A stretch of DNA of 60,485 bases, the filler included. It is 4 parts of 4 records of this genome, joined end to end, with 100 filler letters (N's around TTAATTAATTAA, not from the genome) between each part and the next. Parts side by side here need not be neighbours in the genome. Positions count along the whole stretch, not along the records: positions 29,638 to 53,683 come from SRR2962707_2650; 3 more parts are not named here. The stretch is one strand, 5' to 3'. Positions 32,511-41,735 of this stretch are shown in pieces (positions within the stretch are counted from its first letter, which is position 1; every line of letters begins with the position of its first letter). A program made the position numbers and the translations under genes. Under the pieces are notes generated by a model that made no database searches, was not told the origin of the DNA, and saw nothing but the letters and a program-made list of their open reading frames with translations.

Positions 32511-33698
32511 ATGGGAAATCGTGTGGTTGTTGCAGGCGTCGGGATGCTTCCCTTCGTGAAGCCCGGCGCCAGCGCCTCTTACGACGAGATGGGCGCCGCC
32601 GCCGCGCGCCTTGCGCTGAAAGACGCAGGCATCGCTTACGACAAGGTGGAACAGGCCTATGTCGGCTGGGTCTATGGCGACTCGACCTCGGGCCAGGCCG
32701 CGCTCTACAAGGTCGGCCTTTCCGGCATCCCCGTTGTCAACGTGAACAACAACTGCTCCACCGGCTCTTCCGCGCTCTTCCTCGCGCGGCAGGCGGTGGA
32801 GGCGGGTGTCGTTGAATGCGCCATTGCGCTCGGCTTCGAGCAGATGACGCCCGGCGCGCTCGGAACGATGTTCAGCGACCGGCCCAATCCGCTCGGCGAC
32901 TTCCTGAAGATCGCCGACGACAGTTTCCAGGGCGCAAGCGAAGTGCCGATGGCGCTGCGCCTCTTCGGCGGCGCGGGCTACGAGTATCAGGAGAAGTTCG
33001 GCGCAAAGAGCGAGACCTTCGCCAAGGTCCGCGAAAAGGCCAGCCGCCACGCCGAACACAATGAGCGCGCGATCTTCCGCACGCCCGTCAGCGTCGACGA
33101 TGTGATGCAGTCGCCGAAAATGTTCCTGAACCTGACACGCCTTCAGTGCTGCCCGCCGAGCTGCGGCGCCGCCGCCGCGATCCTCTGCACGGAAGATTTC
33201 GCGCGCAAACATGGCCTCGATGCCAGCATCGTCATCGCCGGTCAGGCCATGACGACCGACTATCCCTCGACCTTTGCCGAAAAGAGCCTCATCAAGGTCG
33301 TCGGCTCCGACATGACGAAGGAGGCCGCGCGCCTCGTCTACGAACAGGCGGGCATCGGCCCGGACGATGTCGATGTCGTCGAGCTGCATGACTGCTTCAC
33401 GACGAACGAAGTCATCACCTATGAAGGCCTCGGCCTCTGTCCCGAGGGCGGCGCCGAAAAATTCGTCTGGGACGGCGACAACACCTATGGCGGCAAGGTC
33501 GTGACGAACCCGTCGGGCGGCCTTCTTTCCAAGGGTCATCCGCTCGGCGCAACAGGCCTCGGCCAGTGCGCGGAACTCACATGGCAGTTGCGCGGCCAGT
33601 CCGGCAAGCGTCAGGTCGAGGGCGCGCGCGTCGCTCTCCAGCACAATCTCGGCCTCGGCGGCGCTTGCGTCGTCACCATGTATGAGCGCGCGGAGTAA
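32511..33698 (+). CDS. SCP2/SCPx-type thiolase (lipid-transfer protein family)
   Basis: NNNCSTG, ELHDCF, GGLLSKGHPLGATG, HNLGLGGAC. Confidence 0.93.
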   Translation: MGNRVVVAGVGMLPFVKPGASASYDEMGAAAARLALKDAGIAYDKVEQAYVGWVYGDSTSGQAALYKVGLSGIPVVNVNNNCSTGSSALFLARQAVEAGVVECAIALGFEQMTPGALGTMFSDRPNPLGDFLKIADDSFQGASEVPMALRLFGGAGYEYQEKFGAKSETFAKVREKASRHAEHNERAIFRTPVSVDDVMQSPKMFLNLTRLQCCPPSCGAAAAILCTEDFARKHGLDASIVIAGQAMTTDYPSTFAEKSLIKVVGSDMTKEAARLVYEQAGIGPDDVDVVELHDCFTTNEVITYEGLGLCPEGGAEKFVWDGDNTYGGKVVTNPSGGLLSKGHPLGATGLGQCAELTWQLRGQSGKRQVEGARVALQHNLGLGGACVVTMYERAE

Positions 33699-33703
33699 GC
33701 CTG

Positions 33704-34147
33704 ATGATCGATCGCTCCTTCATCGGCCATGAGTTCGCGCCCGTCACCACCGAACTCGAAAAGGGCCGCCTGCGCTTCTTCGCCAAGGCGACCGGCAACG
33801 CCGACCCCGTTTACTCCGACGAGTCGGCCGCGGCGGCCGCGGGTTATCCCTCCCTTCCCGCGCCGCCCACCTTTCTCTTCTGCCTGGAGATGGACCGCGA
33901 CGATCCGATGGATTTTCTCGACATGCTGAAGGTGGATCTCGGCCGCGTGCTTCACGGCGAGCAAAACTTCACCTATCGCGCGCCGGTCTGTGCGGGTGAC
34001 AGCGTCACCTTCCGCACCCGCATCTCCGACATCTACGACAAGAAGAACGGCGCTCTCGAATTCATCGTCATGGACACCGAATGCCGCAATCAGAACGGTG
34101 TCCATGTCGCGGACATGCGCCGCTCCATCGTCGTGCGCAACGGCTGA
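33704..34147 (+). CDS. MaoC-like dehydratase, N-terminal-type subunit
   Basis: FAKATG..PVY, APPTF, VLHGEQ hot-dog motifs. Confidence 0.88.
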   Translation: MIDRSFIGHEFAPVTTELEKGRLRFFAKATGNADPVYSDESAAAAAGYPSLPAPPTFLFCLEMDRDDPMDFLDMLKVDLGRVLHGEQNFTYRAPVCAGDSVTFRTRISDIYDKKNGALEFIVMDTECRNQNGVHVADMRRSIVVRNG

Positions 34148-34166
34148 GAATAGTCAGAGGACAATC

Positions 34167-34586
34167 ATGACGGATATCGCAACCACCGCCCCCGGCGCCG
34201 AGATCGGCCGTTTGACGGCAGACCCCATCACCCGCCACATGCTCGCGCTTTATTGCGGTGCATCCGGCGACCACAACCCGATCCATGTCGATCTCGACTT
34301 CGCGAAGGCGGCCGGCATGCCGGATGTCTTCGCCCACGGCATGCTGTCGATGGCCTTTCTCGGCCGCCTCGTCACAAAGCTCGCGCCGCAGACGTCGCTC
34401 CGCAGCTTCGGCGCTCGCTTCACCTCGATCACGCCGCTCGGCGCGGAAATAAACTGCGCCGCAAAACTGGTCGAACGCTTCCACGAAGACGGCGAGGAGC
34501 GTGCAAGGCTCGAACTCGTCGCCATGGACCGAAACGGTGGAGACGTGAAGCTCATGGGCGAAGCCGTCGTCGCACTCGATAAGTGA
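34167..34586 (+). CDS. MaoC (R)-specific enoyl-CoA hydratase subunit
   Basis: Hydratase-2 motif SGDHNPIH, FAHGM. Confidence 0.92.
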   Translation: MTDIATTAPGAEIGRLTADPITRHMLALYCGASGDHNPIHVDLDFAKAAGMPDVFAHGMLSMAFLGRLVTKLAPQTSLRSFGARFTSITPLGAEINCAAKLVERFHEDGEERARLELVAMDRNGGDVKLMGEAVVALDK

Positions 34587-34609
34587 GGAAATACCCCCTG
34601 AATAAGGAA

Positions 34610-35446
34610 ATGAAAGTGTCGAAACTCGAAGGAAAAACAGCCCTCATCTCCGGCTCCGGCCGTGGCATCGGCCGCGCCCTCGCGCTGAAGCTCGCCTCCG
34701 AAGGCGCCCGCGTCGTCGTCAACGACATGGATGAGGAACCCGCCTCGGAAACGGTCGAGACAATCCGCAATGCGGGCGGCGAAGCGACCGCCTGTGTCGG
34801 CAGCGTCACCGAAGCCGATTTCGCAGACCGTTTCGTCAAAACCGCGCTCGACACATGGGGCGGCCTCGACATCATCGTGAACAACGCCGGCTACACCTGG
34901 GACAACGTCATTCAGAAAATGACCGACGAACAGTTCCAGGCGATGCTCGACGTCCACCTCGCCGCGCCTTTCCGCATCCTGCGCGCGGCGGCAGAGCCGA
35001 TCCGCGTTTTTGCCAAGAAGGAAGCGCAGGAAGGCCGCGAGGTCTTCCGCAAGATCGTGAACATCTCTTCCGTCGCCGGTCTCGGCGGCAACACGGGCCA
35101 GGTGAGTTATTCCTCCGCGAAGGCCGGTCTCGTCGGCATGACCAAAACCATGTCGAAGGAGTGGGGCCGCTACAAGGTCAACGTGAACTGCGTCGCCTTC
35201 GGCTTCATCAAGACGCGCCTCACCCAGCCCTTGACGGAAGCAGGCGCCAGCATCGACGTCGAAGGCCGCAAGATCGCGGTCGGCGTCCAGCCCGCCTTCA
35301 TCGACGCAATGGAAAAGCAGATGATCCCGCTTGGCCGCGCCGGTACGCCGGAAGAGGCCGCCGATGGCGTCTATCTCTTCTGTGCGCCGGAATCGAACTA
35401 TGTCAGCGGCCAGGTGATCGTGGTCGGCGGCGGCGTTTCCCTTTAG
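34610..35446 (+). CDS. SDR, FabG/3-hydroxyacyl-CoA dehydrogenase-like
   Basis: SGSGRGIG, NNAG, NISS, YSSAK; the start could also be GTG 34616. Confidence 0.92.
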   Translation: MKVSKLEGKTALISGSGRGIGRALALKLASEGARVVVNDMDEEPASETVETIRNAGGEATACVGSVTEADFADRFVKTALDTWGGLDIIVNNAGYTWDNVIQKMTDEQFQAMLDVHLAAPFRILRAAAEPIRVFAKKEAQEGREVFRKIVNISSVAGLGGNTGQVSYSSAKAGLVGMTKTMSKEWGRYKVNVNCVAFGFIKTRLTQPLTEAGASIDVEGRKIAVGVQPAFIDAMEKQMIPLGRAGTPEEAADGVYLFCAPESNYVSGQVIVVGGGVSL

Positions 35447-35472
35447 CGCGTCCGCCGCCTCGCCCCCGCCGC

Positions 35473-36813
35473 TCAGCTCATAGAGCCGAGCTTCTTCGCC
35501 ACGCGCTTCACTGCCGTCGTGATGACGACAAAGGAAACATAGAGCGTGATCGGAATATTGAGCAGCCCGATGGCGAGGAAGATGCCGGGAATCGAGTATC
35601 CCTCATCCGAAAGCCAGAAGATGAAGCCGGACGCTCCCACCATCGCAAGCGCGTTCAGCACATTGTTGACCGCGATCAGCCGCGAGCGATATTGCGGCTC
35701 GCTCCGCGCCTGCAGGATCGCATAGAGCGGCACGATATAGAGCCCGCCGCAAACCGCGATGCCGAACAGGTCGCCGACGATGCGCCAGTTCTCGGCAACG
35801 CTCAGAAAAGCGGCGATGCCGATGAACTCGCCCGTCCCGGTGGTCAGCAGCGGTTCGCTCGCGAAAAACAGGTCGGCCGAAAAGATCGTGATACCGAGCG
35901 CGCCCACCGGCACGTAATAGTCCCGCACCTTGCCACCCAGCAGCTTGTCGCAAAGCAGCGAGCCGATGCCGATGCCGATGGAAAAGATCGTCAGCAGCAT
36001 CGCGACGATCTGCTCGTTCCCGCTCAGCACATCGCGCGAGAAAACCGGGAACAGGATGATGAAGACCGAACCCACCAGCCAGAACCACGAAATCCCGATG
36101 ATCGAGCGGAAGATCGGCAGGTCGCGATATCCGAAGGCGATCATGCGAAACGTCTCGGACACGAAGTTGTAGTTGATGGTCATGCCGGGGCTCGCCGCCG
36201 GGCGGTCGGGAATGCGCCGCGATGTCAGCCAGCCAAGGGCGGCGACGGCGATGCAGAGGATCGAAACCGCCGTTAGCCCATAGGTCCGCAGCACCAGCAG
36301 GCTGCCGAGCAGCGTGCCCACAAGGATCACGAGAAAAGTCGCCGTCTCGATCAGCGCATTGCCGCCCACCAGCTCTTCTTCTTCCAGAAGCTCCGGCAGG
36401 ATGCCGTATTTCAGCGGCCCGAAAACCGCCGATTGCGCGCCCATGAAAAACAGCACCGTCAGCAGCATCACCGGGTTTTCAAGCGCGAAGCCGATAGCCG
36501 CCGCAATCATGATGACGATCTCGAAGAGCTTCACTTTTCTGATGAGGCCGGCCTTCGGCAGCTTGTCGGCAAACTGGCCGGCCGTCGTCGAGAACAGAAA
36601 GAACGGCAGGATGAAAATGCCGCCCGCCAGCGCGACCAGTGTCTGCGTGTCGATCCCGTCCAGGCTCGCCGCCGCCGAATAGGTGATGAGGATGACGAGC
36701 GCGTTCTTGAAGACATTGTCGTTGAACGCGCCCAGCGCCTGCGTCACGAAGAGCGGCAGGAAGCGCGGCGAAGCGAGCAGCCTGAACTGCGAATAATGCT
36801 TGTGATCGCTCAT
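35473..36813 (-). CDS. LplT-like MFS transporter (stand-alone MFS domain of Aas-type acyltransferases)
   Basis: RFLPLFVTQALGAFNDNVFKNA, FGPLKYGILPE, GGNALIE, IVPLYAILQ..RSRLIAVNN; ATGA-coupled to the upstream acyltransferase. Confidence 0.88.
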   Translation of the reverse strand: MSDHKHYSQFRLLASPRFLPLFVTQALGAFNDNVFKNALVILITYSAAASLDGIDTQTLVALAGGIFILPFFLFSTTAGQFADKLPKAGLIRKVKLFEIVIMIAAAIGFALENPVMLLTVLFFMGAQSAVFGPLKYGILPELLEEEELVGGNALIETATFLVILVGTLLGSLLVLRTYGLTAVSILCIAVAALGWLTSRRIPDRPAASPGMTINYNFVSETFRMIAFGYRDLPIFRSIIGISWFWLVGSVFIILFPVFSRDVLSGNEQIVAMLLTIFSIGIGIGSLLCDKLLGGKVRDYYVPVGALGITIFSADLFFASEPLLTTGTGEFIGIAAFLSVAENWRIVGDLFGIAVCGGLYIVPLYAILQARSEPQYRSRLIAVNNVLNALAMVGASGFIFWLSDEGYSIPGIFLAIGLLNIPITLYVSFVVITTAVKRVAKKLGSMS

Positions 36814-37520
36814 GCTCCCTCTCCCACCAGCCGCGCGGTTTCCGCCTCGATCGTGTCTTCGAGCACGCGCATGAAAGTATCCTTGTCGAGGCCCGTGCGG
36901 ATCGGCTCCAGGAACGAAAGTACCACCTTCCCCGGCGTCTTGCGCCACGCCCGGCACTGCCAGCAGAGCCCCACATTGGTTGCCACCGGCGTCACCGGCA
37001 GGTTGAGATCGGTATAGAGGTGATAGACGCCGATCTTGTAGCGTTCGCGGTCGCCGACCGGCACGAGCTGCCCCTCTGGGTAAATGAGAATGTGACGGCC
37101 ATTGTCATAGGCGCGCTGCGCCGCCGTGCTCAGCTTGTTCCGCTCCGTGCCGCCGCCGCATGTGTCGACCATGATCATGTCGAGCTTGGTGAGAATGCGG
37201 CCGATGGCCGGATAGTCGAGCAGGTCTTTCATGGCGACGGTCGCGATCTGCGGCAGCAGCGACATCACGAGAATGCCGTCGGAAAAGCTCTGATGCTTCG
37301 AGGCGATGAGGCTCGGCCCTTGCGTCGGAATATTCTCGCGCCCGCGCACTTCCATGCTTATGCCGGCCACATGCCTGAGCAGCCACACGATCCCCTTCGC
37401 CCACCAGTGCAGCACCGCCGCCAGCGGCTTCGGCGAGGGGAGATAGGTAAGCGGCAAGCAGGCAATCGCGACAAGCGCCGTGAAGCCGTAAAAGGCGATG
37501 TTGAACAGGAAGGATCGCAT
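36810..37520 (-). CDS. plsC: 1-acyl-sn-glycerol-3-phosphate/lysophospholipid acyltransferase (PlsC family)
   Basis: KHQSFSD (HX4D), IYPEG, PVATN; start ATG 37520. Confidence 0.88.
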   Translation of the reverse strand: MRSFLFNIAFYGFTALVAIACLPLTYLPSPKPLAAVLHWWAKGIVWLLRHVAGISMEVRGRENIPTQGPSLIASKHQSFSDGILVMSLLPQIATVAMKDLLDYPAIGRILTKLDMIMVDTCGGGTERNKLSTAAQRAYDNGRHILIYPEGQLVPVGDRERYKIGVYHLYTDLNLPVTPVATNVGLCWQCRAWRKTPGKVVLSFLEPIRTGLDKDTFMRVLEDTIEAETARLVGEGA

Positions 37521-37531
37521 GGGGTTTTCCC

Positions 37532-38113
37532 TTATTTTCCGGCCGGTTCGAGATGCAGAATGTCGATTACGCTTTTCGCAAAGAGATCGCGATGCTTGAT
37601 GAGCGGTCCCTTTATCCGGCCGAATGCCTTGAAGGTAACGGCCTGGAGCACGATGCCGAGCGCCATGGCGGCGCGCACATTCGGGTCGTCCTTCGGAATT
37701 TCCTTCCGCTTCATCGCCGCTTCGATGACGTCGACAACGACGCTCACGGGGTTCGGCAGCGTCGGATCGAAATAGCGCAGCAGCGTGTATTGATTGACCT
37801 GGTGATAGCGGAAGAGAAGCCAGTCCCCGTCGGCCATGTTGCAATAGACGGTAACGATGGCGCGCGCCTGCTCGTCGATATGGTCGTGCTGCGTCGCCGC
37901 CGTCTTGATCGCTTCTGCGAGGCTCGCATGCTGCCGCTTGAAGAGGTCGCGGGCGAGTGCGTCCTTGCTCTCGAAGTGGCGATAGATCGTGCCTTCGGAA
38001 ATCTTTACCGCCTCGGCGATCTGCTTCGTCCGCGTTTCCATGATTCCCTGGGAAACGAAAAGCTCCAGGGCGGCGCGTTCGATGTCGGTCTTTGTGTTGG
38101 GGCCGCGGGGCAT
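37532..38113 (-). CDS. TetR-family regulator
   Basis: AALELFVSQGIMETRTKQIAEAVKISEGTIYRHFESKD HTH. Confidence 0.93.
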   Translation of the reverse strand: MPRGPNTKTDIERAALELFVSQGIMETRTKQIAEAVKISEGTIYRHFESKDALARDLFKRQHASLAEAIKTAATQHDHIDEQARAIVTVYCNMADGDWLLFRYHQVNQYTLLRYFDPTLPNPVSVVVDVIEAAMKRKEIPKDDPNVRAAMALGIVLQAVTFKAFGRIKGPLIKHRDLFAKSVIDILHLEPAGK

Positions 38114-38162
38114 TCGGATCTCGCTCTTCTCTGGTCAAGTGAGTCGGCTGCGGAAAATCGTA

Positions 38163-38816
38163 TCAGGTTCCCTGTAGCTTGGGCGCACCCGCATTGAGGG
38201 TCAGAAGCAGCCGCACTTCGCCGAGCCCGATCCACCCGCGGCCGCTGTGCAGCCGGCGCAATTGCGCCAGCGGCGCGGAAAGGTCGCGTCCGTCATAGAG
38301 CAGGGCGCTTTTCGTCATCATTGCCGCCACGCGCTTGCGCTCGGCGGCCATGGCACCCATCAGCTTCTCGCTCATCCGGCGCGCGGCGTCCGCCCAGACC
38401 GGCCTTGCGCCGGTCAGCGTGTCGCGCAGGCGCTGGCCGAGCTGCTTCGCGTCCTTCTCGATCTTCGCCCAGCCGTGCCGGGACGTATTGATCCGTTTGC
38501 GGACGAGATTGAGTTCCGTCTCGCAGGCGAGCTTGCGGGCTTCCCACCGGGCAACCGTCTCCGCCAGCTCTCCCGCCGTCTTCGCCGCGAACGGGATGGC
38601 CGTCAGTTCGAGCAGCCGCGCATCGATCCGCGCCAGCGCCGCCTTGTAGCGAAGCTCGCTTTCAAACTGCCGGTCGAGCGCCTTTGTCCCGTCCGCGATC
38701 TTCTGGTGCGCGCTCCGCAGTTCGGCAAGCGCCTTGCTTGCGCGCGCCTTCAGCAGCGCGCGCTTCGATGCGCTCATGCTCGCGATCAGGTTCCTCAGGC
38801 TGCGAAGGGTGAACAT
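38163..38816 (-). CDS. Coiled-coil protein, probable divergent PspA/IM30 (YjfJ-like)
   Basis: 217 aa, AAGGAG RBS, N-terminal amphipathic helix and long heptads. Segments ARIDARLLE..ELAETVARWE, SRHG and DGRDL..LA recall YjfJ-type PspA paralogues (from memory, unverified). Confidence 0.55.
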   Translation of the reverse strand: MFTLRSLRNLIASMSASKRALLKARASKALAELRSAHQKIADGTKALDRQFESELRYKAALARIDARLLELTAIPFAAKTAGELAETVARWEARKLACETELNLVRKRINTSRHGWAKIEKDAKQLGQRLRDTLTGARPVWADAARRMSEKLMGAMAAERKRVAAMMTKSALLYDGRDLSAPLAQLRRLHSGRGWIGLGEVRLLLTLNAGAPKLQGT

Positions 38817-38863
38817 CTCTGCTGCTCCTTTAAACGGGCGCTCCCTCGCGCCCCGATATCCCT

Positions 38864-38892
38864 AAAGTAAGTGAGCACACACTTTCTGTCAA
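38864..38892 (-). promoter_or_regulatory. Sigma70 promoter with overlapping palindromic operator
   Basis: Minus strand TTGACA (38892-38887), 17 nt, TACTTT (38869-38864); operator AAGTAAGTG-AGCACA-CACTTTCTG at 38865-38888 fills the spacer. Confidence 0.75.
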
Positions 38893-38944
38893 GACGGAAA
38901 TCGCGCTGGCAGCGGATTTTCCTGCCCTGGTTAATTTATTGTTT

Positions 38945-39598
38945 TTACGGGAGTTTCAGGGGAGGGCGTCCCGGCCGGCGCCGGTCGCGCAGCCGGGGCA
39001 GCAGGCGCTCCGCCGCCAGAAAGAGCAGTCCCGCTAGCGCGCCGCCCGCATGTCCCTCGAAGGCGGCGGGCCAAGGCGTATAGAAAAAAAGCGTCTCCGC
39101 CGTCACCGCCTCATAGGCGATCTTCATCAGCGAGAGGAGGCCGATCAGCGCAATGAAGCCGCTCCGTTTCTGCCACCATGCCTCCACGATCATTACCGCC
39201 CAGAGCGCGTTCAGCACGCCCGAGAAGCCCGCATAATAGGAAAGCTGCGTCGGGCTCAGAAAGATCGCCGCGTCGATTGCGACGATCCCGGCGGCGATGA
39301 TCCCAGCCTGCCGCGAATAGGAAATGCCCTCATCGTGCCGCGCCATCACCGCGAGGATGAGATAGGCGAGCGCGTTCCAGATCAGATGCTGGAAATTCAG
39401 ATGGACGAGATGTCCGGTCACGAGCCGCCACAATTCGCCATCCATGATCTTCGCGCGGTCGAAGATCAGCAGCTCGCTTGCCGCCGCACCGATGTAGTGG
39501 ATGAGCGCCATCGCGCCCGTCAGCAGAAGCGGAAACCATGGCAGGGAGACCCCGCCATGGTTCCGTTCTTTCGCGTTGCATGCGCGCGGCATGGTCAC
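38945..39598 (-). CDS. rrtA: Rhombosortase (rhomboid intramembrane protease)
   Basis: GELWRLVTGHLVHLNFQHLIWN, catalytic GFSG and HAGG; GTGA-coupled to a GlyGly-CTERM protein gene. Confidence 0.9.
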   Translation of the reverse strand: MTMPRACNAKERNHGGVSLPWFPLLLTGAMALIHYIGAAASELLIFDRAKIMDGELWRLVTGHLVHLNFQHLIWNALAYLILAVMARHDEGISYSRQAGIIAAGIVAIDAAIFLSPTQLSYYAGFSGVLNALWAVMIVEAWWQKRSGFIALIGLLSLMKIAYEAVTAETLFFYTPWPAAFEGHAGGALAGLLFLAAERLLPRLRDRRRPGRPPLKLP

Positions 39599-41694
39599 GC
39601 CTTGGCGGCCCGCTGGCGCACCCGCGCCAGATGGAACAGGCCAAGCAGCGGCAGAAGCGCCGGTCCCGCCGCGCCGCCACCGCCGCCACCGCCAAGCCGC
39701 ACGCCGCCACCGTTGCTCTGGTGCGCGCCTGTCGAGGCAACATGCGTGCGCGGGCCGTTGCCCACCGGCGCCGAGGCGAAAGACGGTGCCGTGCTCTCCC
39801 GCGCATTGCGCGCATCGGCTTCCGTCGTCAGCCTCTGCTGGTTGTTCCGGGCAATGCCTTCCTGCGCGAAGATTTCCTCGCGCACCACCACCATCGAGGT
39901 GTAGGGCGTCAACAGCCCGAACTCGAGCGCCGTGTCCGTCACCGCCTGTTCGGAGTCCGGGTCCGTTCCGATGACGGCCATCTGGCGCATTTCGTCCTCG
40001 ATGCGCGAGAATGCCCAGAGCCGTTCGATTTCCGGGTGCTGGCTCGCGACGTCGGGCATGTCGAGCGTGGCTTCGTAGCTTTTCTCCCTGCCGTTCAACT
40101 TGCCGGTCACGCGAAAGGTCGCCGGGCCGGAGTCCCAGTAATGGCCGAACACCACGAGCTGTTCGCCGCGGAAAAGCCCGCCCTTCAATTCCGGCGTCAC
40201 ATCCGCCGTCCGCACGCCATCGACCTCGACTTCAATGTCGCTCAGTGCGTGATGCGAAAGCCGCGTCACGGCGGTCATCAGCCGTCCGGCGATGTCGTCG
40301 CTGTTCGAAACGCTCATCGACGTGCCGCCCGAGATCGCGGCGAGATGTTCGAGCATCGGCCGGTCGGCACCGTTGCCCATCACCACCGTGAAGAGCCGCA
40401 CATCCTGCGCCGAGGCGAGATCGATAAAGTCCTTCCGCTGAAGCGGTCCGACATTGGCAACGCCGTCCGTGATCACAACGACGCCGCTCGGCCGGTCCGG
40501 GTCGAGCTCGTCGAAACCTTCCGCCAGTCCCGCATAGAGATTGGTGCCGCCATCGGCGCGCATCGGCCGGAGTTCCGCAAGCGTCTGGTCGATCTCGTTC
40601 TGCGAAGCGCCGCGATAGCCGCTGAAGAGTTCATGCGCCCTGTCGTTGAAGAGCACGATGCGAAAGCGGTCCTGCGGCGGCAGGCTCGCAAGCGTGCGGC
40701 CGATGCCTTCGGTCAGCGTCGCGAACTTCGTCTCCATGGAGCCTGAGCGGTCGAGAACGAAAGTCCAGTCGCGCCCGCTCGTGATGGCGTTGGTGTCTTC
40801 GCCCGGCGTCAGCACCGCCATGAAAGTCCCGCGCGCGCCCGGCGCCGCCTTGTAGCTCAGCACATCGAGGGAGCCCGACAGTCCCGGCGTCTGCCGCCAG
40901 TAGAGCGCGACATCCTTGTTGAGCGCCGCCATGGAGACCCGCGCAACCGCGCTGGAAACGTCGTCTGCCCCGCTGTTGCTTCCGCGCGCGAGCGCGACAT
41001 GCCAGGCACCGTCCGCGCTTTGCGTGATCTGCGCATCGGGATGCGCTGGCAGGCGCAGCGCCTCCACCGGGTAGGCAGTGCGCAGCGTCATGTCGAGGCT
41101 GAAAGTCCCGGTCACCGTGTCGTTCATCTGCCAGAAGGAAGAGACCGCAGGATCGTCCGTGCCGCCTTCCTCCAGCGGATAGACATAGCGGCCCATGCCG
41201 GCATCGAGCTTCGCCGGCTGCACATAGCTCAGCCGGATGCGCACATCGGAGTTCGCTCGCACCGGCCAGACCGACATCTGGAAGCGCATGAAGTCTTCCT
41301 GTTCGGCCAGCGCCGTTTCACGGTTTGCCGTCTTCTCCCTTTCGTAGAGCGTCCGCGCGTCCTTGCGCTTCAGCACTTCGGCCGTCACCGGCTTGCCGTC
41401 GATCCAGTAGGTGAATTCGCCGACCGCCGCATGCTGCGGCACCGGAAAGGCGTAGACCGCCTCCACGTCACTCCCGCCTGCATTGCGGAACGTCTGCTCG
41501 ATGGTCGTGGTCGCGTAGCCATCCTCGATCAGCACGTCGACATGATGGTCTTCGATGGCGAGCGGGATGGAGGAATTCGCCGGGGTCAGCAGCCCGGCGG
41601 CGTCCGCCGGGGCCGTGGCCCAGATTAGCGCGGGCAGGGCGAGCGCCGGAAGCAGGCCCGCCTTGCGGATGAAACCGCCTGAAAGACTTCGCAT
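39595..41694 (-). CDS. Secreted VIT + vWA domain protein with GlyGly-CTERM tail
   Basis: Signal peptide (..ADA-A); VIT segment TIEQTFRN..EAVYAFPVP; MIDAS DRSGS, ITDG; LLTPYTSMVVV; C-terminus GGGGGGGAAG-PALLPLLGLFHL-ARVRQRAAKA (Gly motif, TM, basic cluster). Confidence 0.92.
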   Translation of the reverse strand: MRSLSGGFIRKAGLLPALALPALIWATAPADAAGLLTPANSSIPLAIEDHHVDVLIEDGYATTTIEQTFRNAGGSDVEAVYAFPVPQHAAVGEFTYWIDGKPVTAEVLKRKDARTLYEREKTANRETALAEQEDFMRFQMSVWPVRANSDVRIRLSYVQPAKLDAGMGRYVYPLEEGGTDDPAVSSFWQMNDTVTGTFSLDMTLRTAYPVEALRLPAHPDAQITQSADGAWHVALARGSNSGADDVSSAVARVSMAALNKDVALYWRQTPGLSGSLDVLSYKAAPGARGTFMAVLTPGEDTNAITSGRDWTFVLDRSGSMETKFATLTEGIGRTLASLPPQDRFRIVLFNDRAHELFSGYRGASQNEIDQTLAELRPMRADGGTNLYAGLAEGFDELDPDRPSGVVVITDGVANVGPLQRKDFIDLASAQDVRLFTVVMGNGADRPMLEHLAAISGGTSMSVSNSDDIAGRLMTAVTRLSHHALSDIEVEVDGVRTADVTPELKGGLFRGEQLVVFGHYWDSGPATFRVTGKLNGREKSYEATLDMPDVASQHPEIERLWAFSRIEDEMRQMAVIGTDPDSEQAVTDTALEFGLLTPYTSMVVVREEIFAQEGIARNNQQRLTTEADARNARESTAPSFASAPVGNGPRTHVASTGAHQSNGGGVRLGGGGGGGAAGPALLPLLGLFHLARVRQRAAKA

Positions 41695-41735
41695 GTTCGT
41701 CTCCTCTGGTTGAGCGGTGTCGGGGTAGATGATCC

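Noticed and set aside
36810-38138. 442-aa ORF as a TetR-PlsC fusion or frameshift product
   Set aside because: The upstream half is an off-frame overlap of the intact TetR; PlsC has its own ATG at 37520 with a plausible RBS.
39595-41694. VIT/vWA locus as an anti-phage defence or MoxR-chaperone system
   Set aside because: No AAA+ ATPase, nuclease or other effector is nearby; the signal peptide and GlyGly-CTERM point to a surface protein.
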